NCBI GenBank assembly: GCA_951406725.2
Contig: OX597819.1
Location: 31,372,001-31,436,000, forward strand
Direction of reading: 5' to 3'
Origin: Octopus vulgaris
Taxonomy: Eukaryota
DNA length: 64,000 bases
The position numbers and the translations under genes were made by a program. Below, piece after piece: positions 49,434-63,500 of this stretch. A model generated the notes under the pieces. It had not been told where the DNA came from and did no database searches. It saw nothing but the letters and a program-made list of their open reading frames with translations. Each line of letters opens with the position of its first letter. Position 1 is the first letter of the stretch.

Positions 49434-50721
49434 GTAAGTGTATATGAACATAGAAAATTTTTATCATAGCATGGAAAATAGTTATGACACCAATGGGTTT
49501 ATGGATTATTACAAGAGACATTTTGTTGTGTGTCCTCTGTCTTGAAACAGGGTGCTTCATGTCTTTCTGGCCATTATCATCTGAAACTAGAGAATAATCT
49601 TGTGCTGTTATAATTCACTTTGAAAAGGTTTAACCCTTTAGTATTCAGATTGCTTCTGAATACTTAAATAAATGCTTATTTATTCATACTGTTTTAATTA
49701 ATCATGCATTATATCATAGCTTTGAGATTTCAATGATGTGATTGTTTGCTTTTAGAATGAAATTGTAGGGTTGATGTGAGAGGCTGGATTTGGTCAATTT
49801 GGACATAAAGTAGGTAGAATATTTTGTTTGTCCATGGAAATGCAGATGCTGATAACTGCAGTATCCGTCAAGTTCTACGCAACAGCGTCAGAAATAAGCT
49901 GAAATTTAGCTGTGATGTCAATGACATATGTACAGCCGTACATTGTCATGGAATCTTTCTGGAAAATGTTGGTTCAGTTTTCACGTTTTTTAAAATTATT
50001 TTTCCAGTATATTCCTGCCTTTTCAACAAGAAAGTAAATAGCAATAATTTTTGGCCGTTGCCAGCGCCACCTCGACTGGCCTCCATGCCTGTGGCATGTA
50101 AAAAGTACCAACCGATCGTGGCTGTTGCCAGCCTCGCCTGGCACGTAAAAAGCACCCACTACACTCACGGAGTGGTTGGCATTAGGAAGGGCATCCAGCT
50201 GTAGAAACACTGCCAGATCAGACTGGAGCCTGGTGCAGCCTCCCGGCTTCCCAGACCCCGGTCAAACCGTCCAACCCATGCTAGCATGGAAAGCAGACGT
50301 TAAACGATGATGATGATGATGGCTGGGTTAAATGCTAAAGGTTAAATAGATAGCACTTTTGATAACTTATCAATGTACAGCAAAGGTATTTTAATGATAG
50401 AAAAACTGAAGGTATTAATGTTATACAAACTACTGGTGTAAGTTTAAATGAGTATCAGTTGACATCATGCAAAGAAAATTGGTTCCAATCGAAAACTGAA
50501 ACTAGATCATAGATATAACTTTCTAGGATTTTATCTCCTATTCCCAAATGTTCACTCAGTCTCATGTTTCGCTGCTGCCGCTGCCATCATATCCTATAGC
50601 CTGGGGCTATAGTAGAAGACACTTGCCCAAAGGATCTGGACCCCTAGAAATAATTATTTGATGAATTATTGAAATCTTTACTAGTTTCTCTTATTAATGT
50701 ATTTTCTTTTTTAAATTTCAG

Positions 50722-50786
50722 AAATCAACCGAGAAGATTCAAATCTTTTTGAAAAATCAAGAAGTGGACCAAAATGTTGTCACTGA
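50722..50786 (+). CDS. RAB34: Rab34/36-like coding exon 9 (INREDSNLFEKSRSGPKCCH-stop)
   Basis: TTTCAG acceptor; CCX geranylgeranylation motif then TGA; the nine exons sum to 801 nt in frame. Confidence 0.92.
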
Positions 50787-53652
50787 TGCCATTCACAGCT
50801 GTTCTTGGACAATTTGCAATTGAACCAAAGTCATTTGTATTTTGTATTTAACTGTGCTCATGATTTAAAAGGGATTTATTTTATATACCTATTCCTTTAT
50901 ATCTGTCCCACATACCTACATTTAAAAATTTATTATCAGGGAATGCTTTTTTAGCAAGTTATATGTATATCTGTTTATATTTTTACTCTTATTTTATGCT
51001 CATTATCAGTTTGTCAGAATCAAAATTCAGGGTATTGTATTTTAAAACCAAATCCAGAAAGAAAAAAAAAAGCATGAAAGTAAAGGTGGGCAGATAAATG
51101 GAAAAAGAAAACTTAGGCATTAACATGCTATGTTTAAAGTCCTTTGCTTAATCTTGCATGTTCAGTAATACTTATCAAGGGGGGATAATCCCCATCGACT
51201 AAAGGCCATATCCAATAAAAAAAAAGAAAATTTTTTTTATACATTGTAATTTTATTTTTTTAATGAAAAATTTAAACCATTTTTACAGCAACTTACCTGA
51301 AATCATTTCTCATTTGAAAATTGATGGCTTTAAATTGTTCATATTTAAATTAAAATCTCCCACCATAATTTTGTATAAGAACATTTTGTTAAGTAACATT
51401 TCAAGCAATTAATAATGGTTTCAAATTTTGCCTCAGGGGCAGCAATTTTAGCGGGAGGGGATGAGTTGATTATATTGACCCCAGTGTTAAACTGATACTT
51501 ATTTTTATGGAATTTGAACTCAGAATGTGGTAACAGATGAAATACTGCTAAGCATTTTTACCCGGTGTGCTAATGATTCTGCCAGCTCACTGCCTTACAC
51601 TAGACTAATAATGACCAAGTTTAAGGCGGTGAGCTGGCAGGATTGTTAGCTTGCTGGGAAAATTGCTTAACAATATTTCGTCCTATGTTCTGAGTTCAAA
51701 TTCTGTCGAGGCCAACTTTGCCTTGCATCTTTTCAGGGTCAATGAAATAAAGACTGATTGAGCACTGGGATCGATGTAATTGACTTTCCCCTCCCCACAA
51801 ATTATTGGTCCGGTACCAAAATTCGAAATCAATAACAACCACTTACTTAACTGCTTTGCTCTCCATGGAGCATAGGCCATCAATAACTTTTCTCCATGGC
51901 TCTTAACTCTGGGTTATCTCTTTTGTTTCTCTCCTGCTAGATCCTTACTTTTCCTGCAGTTTCCTTTTCGAATTTTGCTGCACCATATCATGTTTCCCTG
52001 AAAGAAGGCTATCCTCTCCTAAATCTTGTTGGTTTTGATTTGTTATTGATGCTTCTGTAACTTAGCTTTTTTCTTGGTAGAGATGTTGGTCCTATGCAGA
52101 CCCATTTTTATTTCTGGAGAGAAGTGGTCCATATTAATCTGACCTCTATCCCTTTGACTTGTCCAGCATGGAAGACCCTACTAGGAGCTTGTGCTCTGCT
52201 GGCATAGTACCCTGGGTCATTAAGGCACACAAGCAAGTGTCCTGCAACAAGGACTGGACCTTGTGGTGGAGTCATTCTATTAATTTCCCCCAAAATTTGT
52301 TGATTATTTAAAAAAATTAATTGAAATACACTTTATCTTGTTAGAAATACAGTAGAAAGGGTTAAATTGATATTCAGATAAAATCTCCATAACTGAAAAG
52401 CTAAATTGACAATGTGGTAATTTATTTTGATTAAATTCACATTTCAGAGGTTGATTTTCTTAGGAGGAAGGACTAGGCGTAATGGTTAGTGTGGGATTTG
52501 AAAAGGGGAACAGGATATGGGCAATGGGAAGTGGTGGAGAGATAAGTGAGTTGGAAGGATCTTAGTGGAGATGGTACAACACTATTTAGCTCTGAAGTGA
52601 AGATACCACTGAAATGGTGGTAGAAAAGGCAGAGAGAGGAGACAGCATATCTCTGGGCGAAAAGTTGTAGTGTGTTGCTAATTGACTTCATGCTAATCAA
52701 ATGGATGTTATTTACAATGCTTCATCATCGTCATCATCATCGTCGTTTAACGTCCGCTTTCCATGCTAGCGTGGGTTGGACGGTTTGACTGGGCTGGCGA
52801 ACCAGATGGCTGCACCAAGCTTCAGTCTTGATCTGGCAGAGTTTCTACAGCTGGATGCCCTTCCTAATGCCAACCACTCTGAGAATGTAGTGGTTCCGAA
52901 TTGTCCTGTTGCAAATGTGGGAGTTATAATCCATTGCGGGACTTACTTGAGTCTTGTTGAGGTCAGCTGTTGTTGGGAAAGTCAAGCTGTCTACCAGATT
53001 AGATATAGCACCAGTGGGGAGATACATACTCTAATCATCCTTCAGGCAGTAATTCTTCAAATAGGATGGTTTGAACACATGCAACTTTTATAAATCTTTA
53101 TAATCAGTGGAAGATGTCATTGATGATGACAGATGCCTTGAATATTCCTGTCTGAATTAGATGTTATTTTTTTATCTACAGTTTATTTTTTTGTGACAGA
53201 TAGGCAGGCAGATATGAAGTAGAGTAGGTATGTAATTGATGGGATCACAAATGGCAACAAAAGGACTTTGATAAACGTGGCTGATTGATTGGCTGACTGA
53301 ATGATTAATCAAACAACTGATTTGTAAATTGGTTAAATGATTAGTTGACTAATAATAATAATAGAAGTGAAATAGAACCAGTGTGCATGTTAATTATTGG
53401 CATAATGGTCCACTCGAGATATAAACAAAATCTGTTTCAAACATGAGTTCACATCAACAATCTTGTAAACCAAATACAAAAATAAAATAATTTTCTATAA
53501 TTTCCTTACTTTGTGCCAACCTGGTTTCCTATTTAATTCTTTAGCATTCAGATTATTCTGTCAAATGTAATGCTTACTTATTGTTTTGAATTAATCATTC
53601 ATTATCTTATAGCTTTGAGATTTTGATGTTGTGATTGTTTATTTTTCAATGA

Positions 53653-54031
53653 CGTGGTGGGGACGCTGGCAACAGGTAGTATCAGAGCTATGCCGTTGGG
53701 AACTTTGGTTCCTGGTAGGGTCACCCAAGGCGGATTGGTCTGACACCGAGTGGTATTAGGGCCACAACCCCGGCAGATGGGGCTCTGGTGAAAATCCTCG
53801 GAGTGGCTGTTTCGGCAACCAGTGGCTCCTCGGTCGTTCTGTCCCTGTGTCTGCGGACAATCTGCGGCAAACAGGATGTCTCTACATGCGGGAGTGTTGG
53901 GGACCGCTTGTGAAATTCATATTCCCACGAAACTTCTTCCACCTCCATAGTTCGAGATGCCTCGAGGGTGGTAGAAGAAGCCGACTCAACCTGCCCGGGG
54001 TGAATGTCGCCACAAGTACAAGTAAGTAAGT
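53653..54031 (+). mobile_element. GC-rich LINE 3' fragment (RTE-like) inserted in a piggyBac-like MITE
   Basis: Ends SIVRDASRVVEEADSTCPG-stop followed by a CAAGTACAAGTAAGTAAGT tandem tail; interrupts the MITE. Confidence 0.5.
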
Positions 54032-55952
54032 ATTGTAGGGTAGGTGTGAGGGGCCACATTTGACCAGTTTGTACATAAAACAGCTTGAATATTTTGGCTG
54101 GATATGACTGGTTTAAATGCTAAAGGTTTAATAAATAAAGGAATCAAAAATGTTAACATGTTAAGAGCAAAATATTCAGAAAAGAAGGTCCCCTAATGTT
54201 TGCTCAATATAAGCGTAGTCATTCTACAATTAGCATGGTATTCAATTGGCTTTCTTTTAGGCATTCACTCAGTTGATTATTGGTAATTAAAAAGAAAGTT
54301 CCATGTAGAATATCAGTTGCTCATTTATGTTGTGTTATGGATTTATTTTGTTTATTATTCCTCAATTAAAACTCACTTATGTAATTCCATCTCGACGTTT
54401 CCATTTTTTTTGAAAATCATATTGTTTATTTAATTTTTATTTTTAGATGTTCCTTTTAGTAAACTTGATCAAAGAAACCATGCTTTCTTGCAAATATTTT
54501 ATATTGTCTTCTATGTTACTGCCATAGAATATGTGAAACTATTTCTTGAATTATTCTGGATTTCGAAATAATATATGACACTTAAAGGTATTTAAAATGG
54601 TTATTTATACATTACAATTTAATCAAATCTAATATTCTATTTTTTTTCTTTCTTGAGAATTACCACTCATTTTTTTAATAAAGTCAATAGCGAGAAAATT
54701 ATTGACAAGAATCATCTTTCTGGAGTTGAAAAAAAAAAAGAATGTAAAATAATGTTTGACTATATGTTTGCCTCTATCACATTATGATGGTAAAATATTT
54801 CGAAGATGTAATATTATGAACGTGCTTAAGGTTATAGACTATTGAAGTGAACTTCATTTATGCAAATCTATTTTAAAGAGGCTGGAAAAAGATAAAAACA
54901 AAAAAAAATCACAAATGCATTTATAATCATGAATATGAAGCTATCTCAGACATCATGGCCTTTTGAAAGACGTCGGGCTTAGCCATTCCTTAGAAGCTGT
55001 GCTTGACAAATGGCAATATGTAAAGTTAAATAGCTCAATGTGAAGTCTCAGTTTCAAAATGTGTGCGTATACATAACAATTATTGGAAACTTAGGATCTT
55101 TTCGGTTTGAATGGCAGTTTTTTCTAGCGGTGTCATATGAAATTGTCACCCATAATTACGACCCTAGTATCGATCTATTGCATTTCAATCTGTTTTAGGG
55201 TTAGGGGTTGGGGGAAGTGTATCTTTTTTTCTTCACAAATGTAAATAAACCCAATCTGTTTCTTAAACGAGGGACATATTCATACGGCACAAAGTGTTTT
55301 TTTTTTACCTCAATAGACGTATTTGATTGGTAGAAATTGCAGAAAAAGAGCAATAAATATCTTACAAACTATAGATTTTTCTCAATAAACTCAAGAGAAA
55401 AAGATGTTTTATAAACACATTCTACCAGTATATGAAGTTTAAAATTTTTTAGTTACCTACAAATTATGTTAAAAACTGCCGTTCAAACCGAAAAGATCCC
55501 AAACTTATCTTCTAGAAAAACGAAGATATATTTTCAACCAATGTTTATTTTCAAGGGAGGTAAGCTGTTTTATAATGCAAGGGAGATAATCCGATGGTTT
55601 ATATCGATTTATTGTACATCTCTCTAGTTGTTGGGCATCTCTCAGTTTATTTGTTGTAAATCTTTAAATATAATAATATATTGTAAATATAACTGTAACT
55701 GCAAAATATTTTATTCTTACTACATTTCCAATAAATATTCTGTATCCTTCCCAAACCAATGTCGTGGGCGACACGAAATCTTTCATTCTGCAAGCGTTAC
55801 TGTTTCATAAACTTTCCTGAGATTAATAAAGCGCTTTTCTTTTCATTCCTTTATTTTTTTTTACTTCCTAAGACGTCGATTTCAATTAACAGCTTTCACC
55901 TTTCGTGAGACTTACATGAAGAATAAAGGCTAACATTCAAGCTGTTCCCTAC

Positions 55953-56155
55953 AGTACACACACTTCGTACACTAACACAAGCAGGAATGCACACACGCAC
56001 CCGCATGTGCACACATACACACACACACACACACTCAGACACAGACACACACACACACACACACTCAGACACACACACACACACACACTCAGACACACAC
56101 ACACACACACACAAGCAGGAATGCACACATGTACACACACATACACACGCACGTG

Positions 56156-56191
<36 letters not shown>

Positions 56192-56531
56192 AACAGGAAT
56201 GCACACACGCACCCTTATGTGCACACATACACACACAAGCAGGAATGCACACCCTCACCCACATGTGCACACATACACACACAAGCAGGAATGCACACAC
56301 GTACACGCATGTGCACACACATTCACACGCATGTGCACACACATACACACGCATGTGCACACACACACACACACCACACACACAAACAAACAGGAATGCA
56401 CACACACACACACACACACAAGCAGGAATGCACACATGTACACGCATGTGCACACACACATTCACACGCATGTGCACACACATAAGCAGTGAATGCACGC
56501 ACACACACCACACACACAAACAAACAGGAAT

Positions 56532-56565
<34 letters not shown>

Positions 56566-56640
56566 GCAGGAATGCACACACGTACACGCATGTGTGCGAG
56601 CACACACGCACACGCATGCATGCACGCGCACACACACACG
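55953..56640. repeat. Complex CA-rich satellite punctuated by CAAGCAGGAATGCAC
   Basis: About 9 CAGGAATGCAC anchors separated by (CA)n/CGCATGTG blocks. Confidence 0.9.
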
Positions 56641-59600
56641 AACGAACGTGTGTATGTATAACTGAAAAGCTAATTTGTTTTTTCACTGTGTTTCTTGTAA
56701 GAAAGGCGGTGAGCCGGCAGAATTGTTAGCACACCAGGCAACATGCTTAGCGGCATTTTGTCCGTCTTTACTGTCTGAGTTTAAATTCCGCGAATGTCGA
56801 CTTTACCATTTATCTTTTCGGGCTTGATGGAATAATTACCAGTTGATCATTAGATGCAATTTAATCAAATTACTGGCTTTCCACGAAAATGTGAAACTAA
56901 TATTTTCTTGTAAAAAATTTTTGATATGTTGTTAATAACATATATAGGCGTAGGAGTGTGTGGTAAGTAGCTTGCTTACCAACCACATGGTTCCAGGTTG
57001 AGTCCCACTGCCTGGCACCTGGGGCAAGTGTCTTCTACTATAGCCTCGGGCCGACCAACAACAAAATAATAAATTGGGGATCCACAGGCGCAGGAGTGGC
57101 TGTATGGCAAGTAGCTTGCTTACCAACCACATGGTTCCAGGTTGAGTCCCACTGTGTGGAATCTTTGGCAAGTGTTTTCTACTATAGCCTTGGGCCGACC
57201 AAAGCCTTGTGAGTGGATTTGGTAGACGGCAAGCGAAAGAAGCCTGTTGTATATATGTATATATGTATGTGTGTATATATGTTTGTGTGTCTGTGTTTGT
57301 CCCCCCCAACATCGCTTGACAACCAATGGTGGTGTGTTTACATCCCTGTAACTTAGAGGTTCGCCAAAAGAGACCGATAGAATAAGTACTAGGCTTACAA
57401 AGAATAAGTCCTGGGGTTGATTTTCTCGACTAAAGGTGGTGCCCCAGCATGGCCGCAGTCAAGTAAAAGAGTAAGAGTATTTTGAGGACCCCTGAAAAAA
57501 TTTTGCTTTAGATGTATGTATTGGTATGCATCGCAGGAAACAGTTAGGTTTCTTTCTCTAACATGTTACATAACCTACACAAGTTAATGTGTGGAAGATA
57601 AAATAAGAATTTTGAAAGAGTTTCTATAAAAGTAGCTTTTAAACAGTGAATGGCTATGGGGGTCCACCAGAATAAAATAGTAATCAAAAGGATCCATGAA
57701 TAAAAAAAGGGGTTGAGAACCCCTGATGTAGACAATATATTACACATCATTCATCATCATCATCATCGTTTAACGTCGGCTTTCCATGCTAGCATGGGTT
57801 GGATAGTTTTGACTGAGGGCTGGCGAACCAGATAGCTGCACCAGGCTCCAATCTTGATTTGGCAGAGTTTCTACAGCTGGATGCCCTTCCTAACGCCAAC
57901 CACTCCAAGAGTGTAGTGGGTGCTTTTTACATGCCACCAGCACAGGGGGCCAGTCAGGCGGTACTGGCAATGACCTCGCTCGAATCTTTTTACACATGCC
58001 ACCGGCACCGGTGCCAGTAAGGCGACGCTGGTAACGATCACGCTCGAATGGTGCCCTTTTACGTGTCACTGGCACGGAAGCCTGTTAGCTGCTGCTCTGG
58101 CAATGATCACCCTCGGATGGTGCTCTTGGTATCCTGTCCACTTTTCCATGCTTGTATGGATTTCAATGGGTGAAACATAAAACTGCATCCTGTGGTGAGA
58201 ATCCAGCTTGAGAGTTCAGGAATTTGGGGTTCTATAGAGTTTAGTCATTCTTGTTTGCTCTGGTCTGTGTGGTAGTATCTGGTAGGTCAGTGTGGTATAT
58301 GTTACACTGGCCTATCATCGTGTGGACAAGCTCTGATGTCATGTCAACTGCCCCCTACCTCACTGCCTAAAGATTGAATAAATTCTGTATCCTAAGGGTG
58401 CTCTGCAGAAATGGAAACTTGCAGAGTAAACTAAATAGGCCAGCAGAAGGCAATGGAGAATAAGTGTTGTATCTTTTCTGAGAAACGTCATGAAATTTTA
58501 GATTTTGGTGTAGGTGTCCATAATCACCAATGTCTTTTAGAGCGATACATAAATATATCATCATCATCATCATCATCGTTTAACGTCCACTTTCCATGCT
58601 AGCATGGGTTGGACGATTTTGACTGAGGGCTGGCAAGCCAGATGGCTGCACCAGGCTCCAATCTTGATCTGGCAGAGTTTCTACAGCTGGTTGGCATTAG
58701 GAAGGGCATGCAGCCCTCAGTCAAAATCGTCCAACCCATGCTAGCATGGAAAGCGGACGTTAAACGATGATGATGATGATGATGATAATGAGAGAGAGAG
58801 AGAGAGTTTTGATACATGAAGATAGGTAGAAGGAGAGAAAGGGAGGGAGGGAAGGGGAAGAGAGAGAAACAGAGTTTTGACACATGTAGACAAAGAAAGG
58901 CAGGGAAGGAACAAAGGGGTAGAAAAAGAGAGAGACACACACACAGAGTTTTGACTCATGAAGATAGAGAGAAAGGGTGGGGTGGAGAGAAAGAGAGAAG
59001 CAGGGGAGAGTTTTGATTAAGACTAACAGCCTTGTTATTTTACTGGTGAATTCGATCTTGGAAGTTTGTGATACTTTAAAAAATGCTTTTGTGGTATAAT
59101 TAGAGGGGAAAAAAATGTAGCATTTGTGACTCCTTTTTTTTTTACAGGATCTTTGAAAGCGGTGAGAGAAGGGGAGGATGTTATTCTTAGGCTGGAGACT
59201 TCACCTGTATGACTGCAACAAGCTGGGCCCCGCTAAAGGCAGTAAGGGACCAGTTGTTGGTGTTAAACATGGTCACAGTTTTAAGTCTACCACACAAAAT
59301 TTGTATTTAGGTAACTGCTGCACGTCTGTGCTTTATTAGAAATGTCACTGCTGTGGAGGCACATGGCCTAGTGGTTAGAGCAGCGAACTCACGGTCAAGG
59401 GATCATATCTCAGACTGGGTGATGTGTGTGTTTATGAGCGAAACACCTAAACTCCATGCAGCTCCGGCAGAAGATAATGGCGAGCTTCTGCTGACTCTTT
59501 CGCCCCAACTTTCTCTCACTCTTTCCTCCTGCATCTTGCAGCTCACCTGCGACGGACCGGCGTCCCGTCCAGGTGGGGAACCTATATGCCAAAGAAACTG

Positions 59601-59793
59601 GGAAATCAGCCCTTATGAGCCAGGCATGGCTTGAGAAGGAACAAACAATATATAAATAACAATCACTGCCACTGCTACCACCACTATCATTATCATCATT
59701 GTTGTCAATTACAATCAAATTATTTGACCTGTATTCCAGCTATCACCACCTCATCATATTTTTATTGTGCATCAAGAGGTGCTGACCTCTAAT

Positions 59794-60564
59794 TGTGGTG
59801 GGAACATGTGGAAGGAGTAGATCCAGGAAGATGTGGGACGAAGCAGCGAGAAAGGATATTCAAATGTTGGACCTCACAGAGGGGACGACAAAGGATGGAG
59901 ATTCCTGGTGGTTTGCTGTGCTTGAGAAGACACTTCAAGCTAAGTAAAGTCATGGGTGTCCTTGTATACAGGCTCTCCCCTGCATTTCCCTCCTGCTGAA
60001 AGTTCCTAATCTAGTGGGCTCACGGGTGCTGGTACCACATAAAAGCACCTGTACTGGTGTGGAGGCACATGGCCTAGTGGTTAGAGCAGCGGACTCGCGG
60101 TCGAGGGATCACGGGTTCGAATCTCAGACCGGACGATATGTGTTAATGAGCGAAACACCTAAGCTCCACGCGGCTCCGGCAGAAGGTAATGGTGAAACTT
60201 CTGCTGACTCTTTCGCCACAACTTTCTCTCACTCTTTCCTCCTGCATCTTGCAGCTCACCTGCGATGGACTGGCATCCCGTCCAGGTGGGGAACCTATAT
60301 GCCAAGAAACCAGGGAACCGGCCCTTATGAGCCAGGCATCGCTCGAGAAGGAACAAACAAAAACCTGTACTGGTGCTGCGTAAAAGCACCCAGTACACTC
60401 TGTAAAGTGGTTGGTATTAGGGAAGGGCATCCAGCTGTAGAAACCATGCTAAAACAGACAATTAGAGCCTGGACAACTCTTCAGCTGACCAGTTCCTGTT
60501 AAACTGTCCAACCCATGTCAGCATGGAAAATGGACGTTAAATGATGATGATGATGATGATGATG
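59794..60564 (+). mobile_element. RTE-clade LINE 3' end (ORF tail, 3' UTR, (GAT)n); source of the many (GAT)n-tailed repeats in the window
   Basis: GTCGRSRSRKMWDEAARKDIQMLDLTEGTTKD..WWFAVLEKT, then GGAAGGGCATCCAGCTGTAGAAAC...CCAACCCATG..AGCATGGAAAA.GGACGTTAAA(TGA)n; related copies at ~6680-7010, 11941-12305, 16855-17255, 19891-20140, 25099-25345, 31220-31480, 35721-36297, 47530-47760, 48900-49160, 50050-50320, 52723-52890, 57750-58135, 60648-60960, 62555-62905. Confidence 0.75.
60060..60362 (+). mobile_element. tRNA-derived SINE family C nested in the RTE 3' UTR
   Basis: GGAGGCACATGGCCTAGTGGTTAGAGC...GGTTCGAATC head, (AAAC)n tail, 13-bp TSD ACCTGTACTGGTG; relatives at 14632-14990, 24731-25045, 34332-34720, 59365-59650. 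Confidence 0.85.
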
Positions 60565-63500
60565 AAGGGTTGTTATTTTTAGAAGTAAATTTGTTCCTGT
60601 ATGTTTCCTCCATTTTAGACTCCATATCTGGTTCCCACAAAGAAACATCATCATCATCATCATTTAACATCCGTTTTCCATGCTAGCATGGGTTGGACGG
60701 TTTGACCGGGGTCTGGGAAGCCAGGAGGCTGCACCAAGCTCCATTCTGATCTGGCAGTGTTTCTACTGCTGGATGCCCTTCCCAATGCCAACGACTCCGT
60801 GAATGTAATGGGTGCTTTTTATGTGCCACTGGCACAGGGGCCAGGGGAGGCTGGCAACGGCCATGATCGGTTGGTGCTTTTTATGTGCCACCGGTATGGG
60901 TATCACAACTACAATTTCTATTTGATTTTTATTTTGATGTTGATGTACATGACTCAATAGGTCTCAACAATGACAACAATATCACACCTCAGTGAAGGAG
61001 TTTTTTTGTGGTCACTCAATCTGGTAGAAATAGTAGCCAAATCTCTTTGATTCATACCCTACTGTCTTAAATAAAAAGATGGGATTATTAGGTCTGCTTA
61101 ATCTCGATTGACCTAGGGTTATACAGCAATAATATCAACGAACAAATAATATATTAAACTCATCATGGATTATGTAATTCTATCTGGATTTCCAACCTCT
61201 CTACAATGATATATTATATAATTGTGAGAGTACCTGGCCCACTGGTTAGGATGTTGCCCTCATAGTTGCAAGATTGTGGTTTCAATTCCTGGACCTCACA
61301 GAAGGGACAACAAAGGATGGAGACTCCTGTGCTTGAGGAGACATGTCAAACTAAGTAAAGTCATGGTTGTTCTTGCATACAGGCTCTTCCCTGCATTCCT
61401 CTTCTGCTGAATGTTCCTAATCTAGTGGGCTCATGGGTGCTGGTGCCACATAAAAGCACCTGTACCGATGCTGCATAAAGGCACCCTGTACACTCTGTAA
61501 GGTGGTTGGTAATAGGGAAGGGCGAGCTGGCAGAATCGTTAGCACGCCGGGCGAAATGCTCAGCGGTATTTTGTCTGCCACTACGTTCTGAGTTCAAATT
61601 CGGCCAAAGTCAACTTTGCATTTCATCCTTTCGGGGTCGATTAAATAAGTACCAGTTACACACTGGGTCAATATAATCGACTTAATCTGTTTGTCTGTCC
61701 TTGTTTGTCCTCTCTGTGTTTAGTCCCTTGTGGGTAGTAAAGAAATAGGTATTTCATCTGCCGCTACGTTCTGAGTTCAAATTCCGCCGAGGTCGACTTT
61801 GCCTTTCATCCTTTCGCGGTCGATTAAATAAGTACCAGTTATGCACTGGAGTCGATATAATTGACTTAATCCGTTTGTCTGTCCTTGTTTGTCCTCTCTG
61901 TGTTTAGCCCCTTGTGGGTGGTAAAGAAATAGGTATTAGGGAAGGGCATCAAGCTGTAGAAACCATGGTAAAACAGACATGAAACATGGGCAGCTCTCTA
62001 GCATTGTGTTCTTGAGTAAAGCACTTCATCATCCATTGTTCTGTGATCAATTTGACACCTGATGTGTGGTACTCCATGTATATGTTCAGGCAGCGTCAAT
62101 ATGCAGGAGGAAGTGAGCTAATGTACTGCACATTTGATCCCCATAAACATATCATTTGTGCAAGTTGTTTGGCAAGATATTCTCAGACTACAAGAGATTA
62201 CTGTTATTCTTAATTGCTGATTGTCTGTAGTGCTGACTGTGTCCATAATCTCTCTCCATAACAGACTTTGGTCAAAATAGAATACTTGCATGTTTCTTTT
62301 CCGCAACATGTACACAGATCCCATCCAAAGATCAATTATACATGCTTTCCAACCACATGGTCCCAGGTTTCAATCCCACTGCATGGCACCTTGAGCAAAT
62401 GTCTTCTGCTATAGCCTCAGGTTAACCAAAATCTTGTGGGTGGATTTCGTAGATGGAAACTGAAAGAAGCTTATTGTATGTGTTTTTGTGTGTGTAGTCA
62501 ATTTGAGGATGTAATTTCCTCCTTAGGGATTATGAATTCCAGAATTTCCACAATCATCATCATCATTGTTTAATGTCCACTTTCCATGCTAGCATGGGTT
62601 GGACGATTTGACTGAGGACTGGTGAACCAGATGGCTGCACCAGGCTCCAATTTGATCTGGCAGAGTTTCTACAGCTGGATGCCCTTCCTAATGCCAACCA
62701 CTCCGAGAGTGTAGTGAGTGCATTTACATGCCACCGGTATGAGGGCCAGTCAGGCGGTACTGGCAACAGCCACGCTCAAGTGGTGTTTTTTACGTGCCAC
62801 CTGCACAGGAGCCAGTCCAGCGGCACTGGCAGCGACCTTGTTCAAATATCTGTTCATGTGCCAGTAACGATCATGCTCAAATGGTGCTTTTTACGTGCCA
62901 CCGGCGTAGGGATAAGCAATCTAATTTACAGTTATATTAATATAATAAAATAGAGATACTCTTTACGACAAACACTTTTTTCTAGCAGACCCGTAAAGCA
63001 TTAAGTATTAAACTATGAAACGTGAGCCTACTTCATAACGGCCGACTAATACAAAGTACAAAAAAAAAATTGCTAAAGGAATTATTTCCCTTTATACATG
63101 AGTTCTTTCCCTTTGGTCTATTCCACTATTTTATTATTTTTTTTTTAGCAAACCACAAAAATATTACTTCCCTTGTTGACTTTTGAGCCATTGCGTGATT
63201 CAATCTTATTGTCTTTCTTTCATACAATCAATTATGAATAAGATCTTAAGCAAATTATCATTTAAAGTCGTGAATTAAAAAAATTAAAACCCACCAAAAT
63301 ACACGTACGTTCGATCAACTATTTATAAAAAATCAATAGTTATTATTTCTCCATTACTTACTCGCTCCTCTAGTTTATAATAAAAACGAATCAATATTTA
63401 TATATCTCTATCTCTCCTTACCTTGTTTCCCAGGTATAATCTGAGCCAGTGACAGTTACGACTGACTTACACCATCACAGCCGCAGCCGCAACCGCCACC

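Noticed and set aside
53675-53690. tRNA-Met primer-binding-site-like TAGTATCAGAGC
   Set aside because: Mismatch to TGGTATCAGAGC, no adjacent LTR end, and the insertion has a LINE-type tandem tail.
55896-56729. Long Cys/Val- or His/Thr-rich ORFs
   Set aside because: Translations of a CA microsatellite, open in several frames on both strands.
60061-60135. tRNA gene-like sequences (also 14632, 34332, 59365)
   Set aside because: A/B boxes are present, but they are heads of multi-copy SINEs with bodies, tails and TSDs; no proper acceptor stem.
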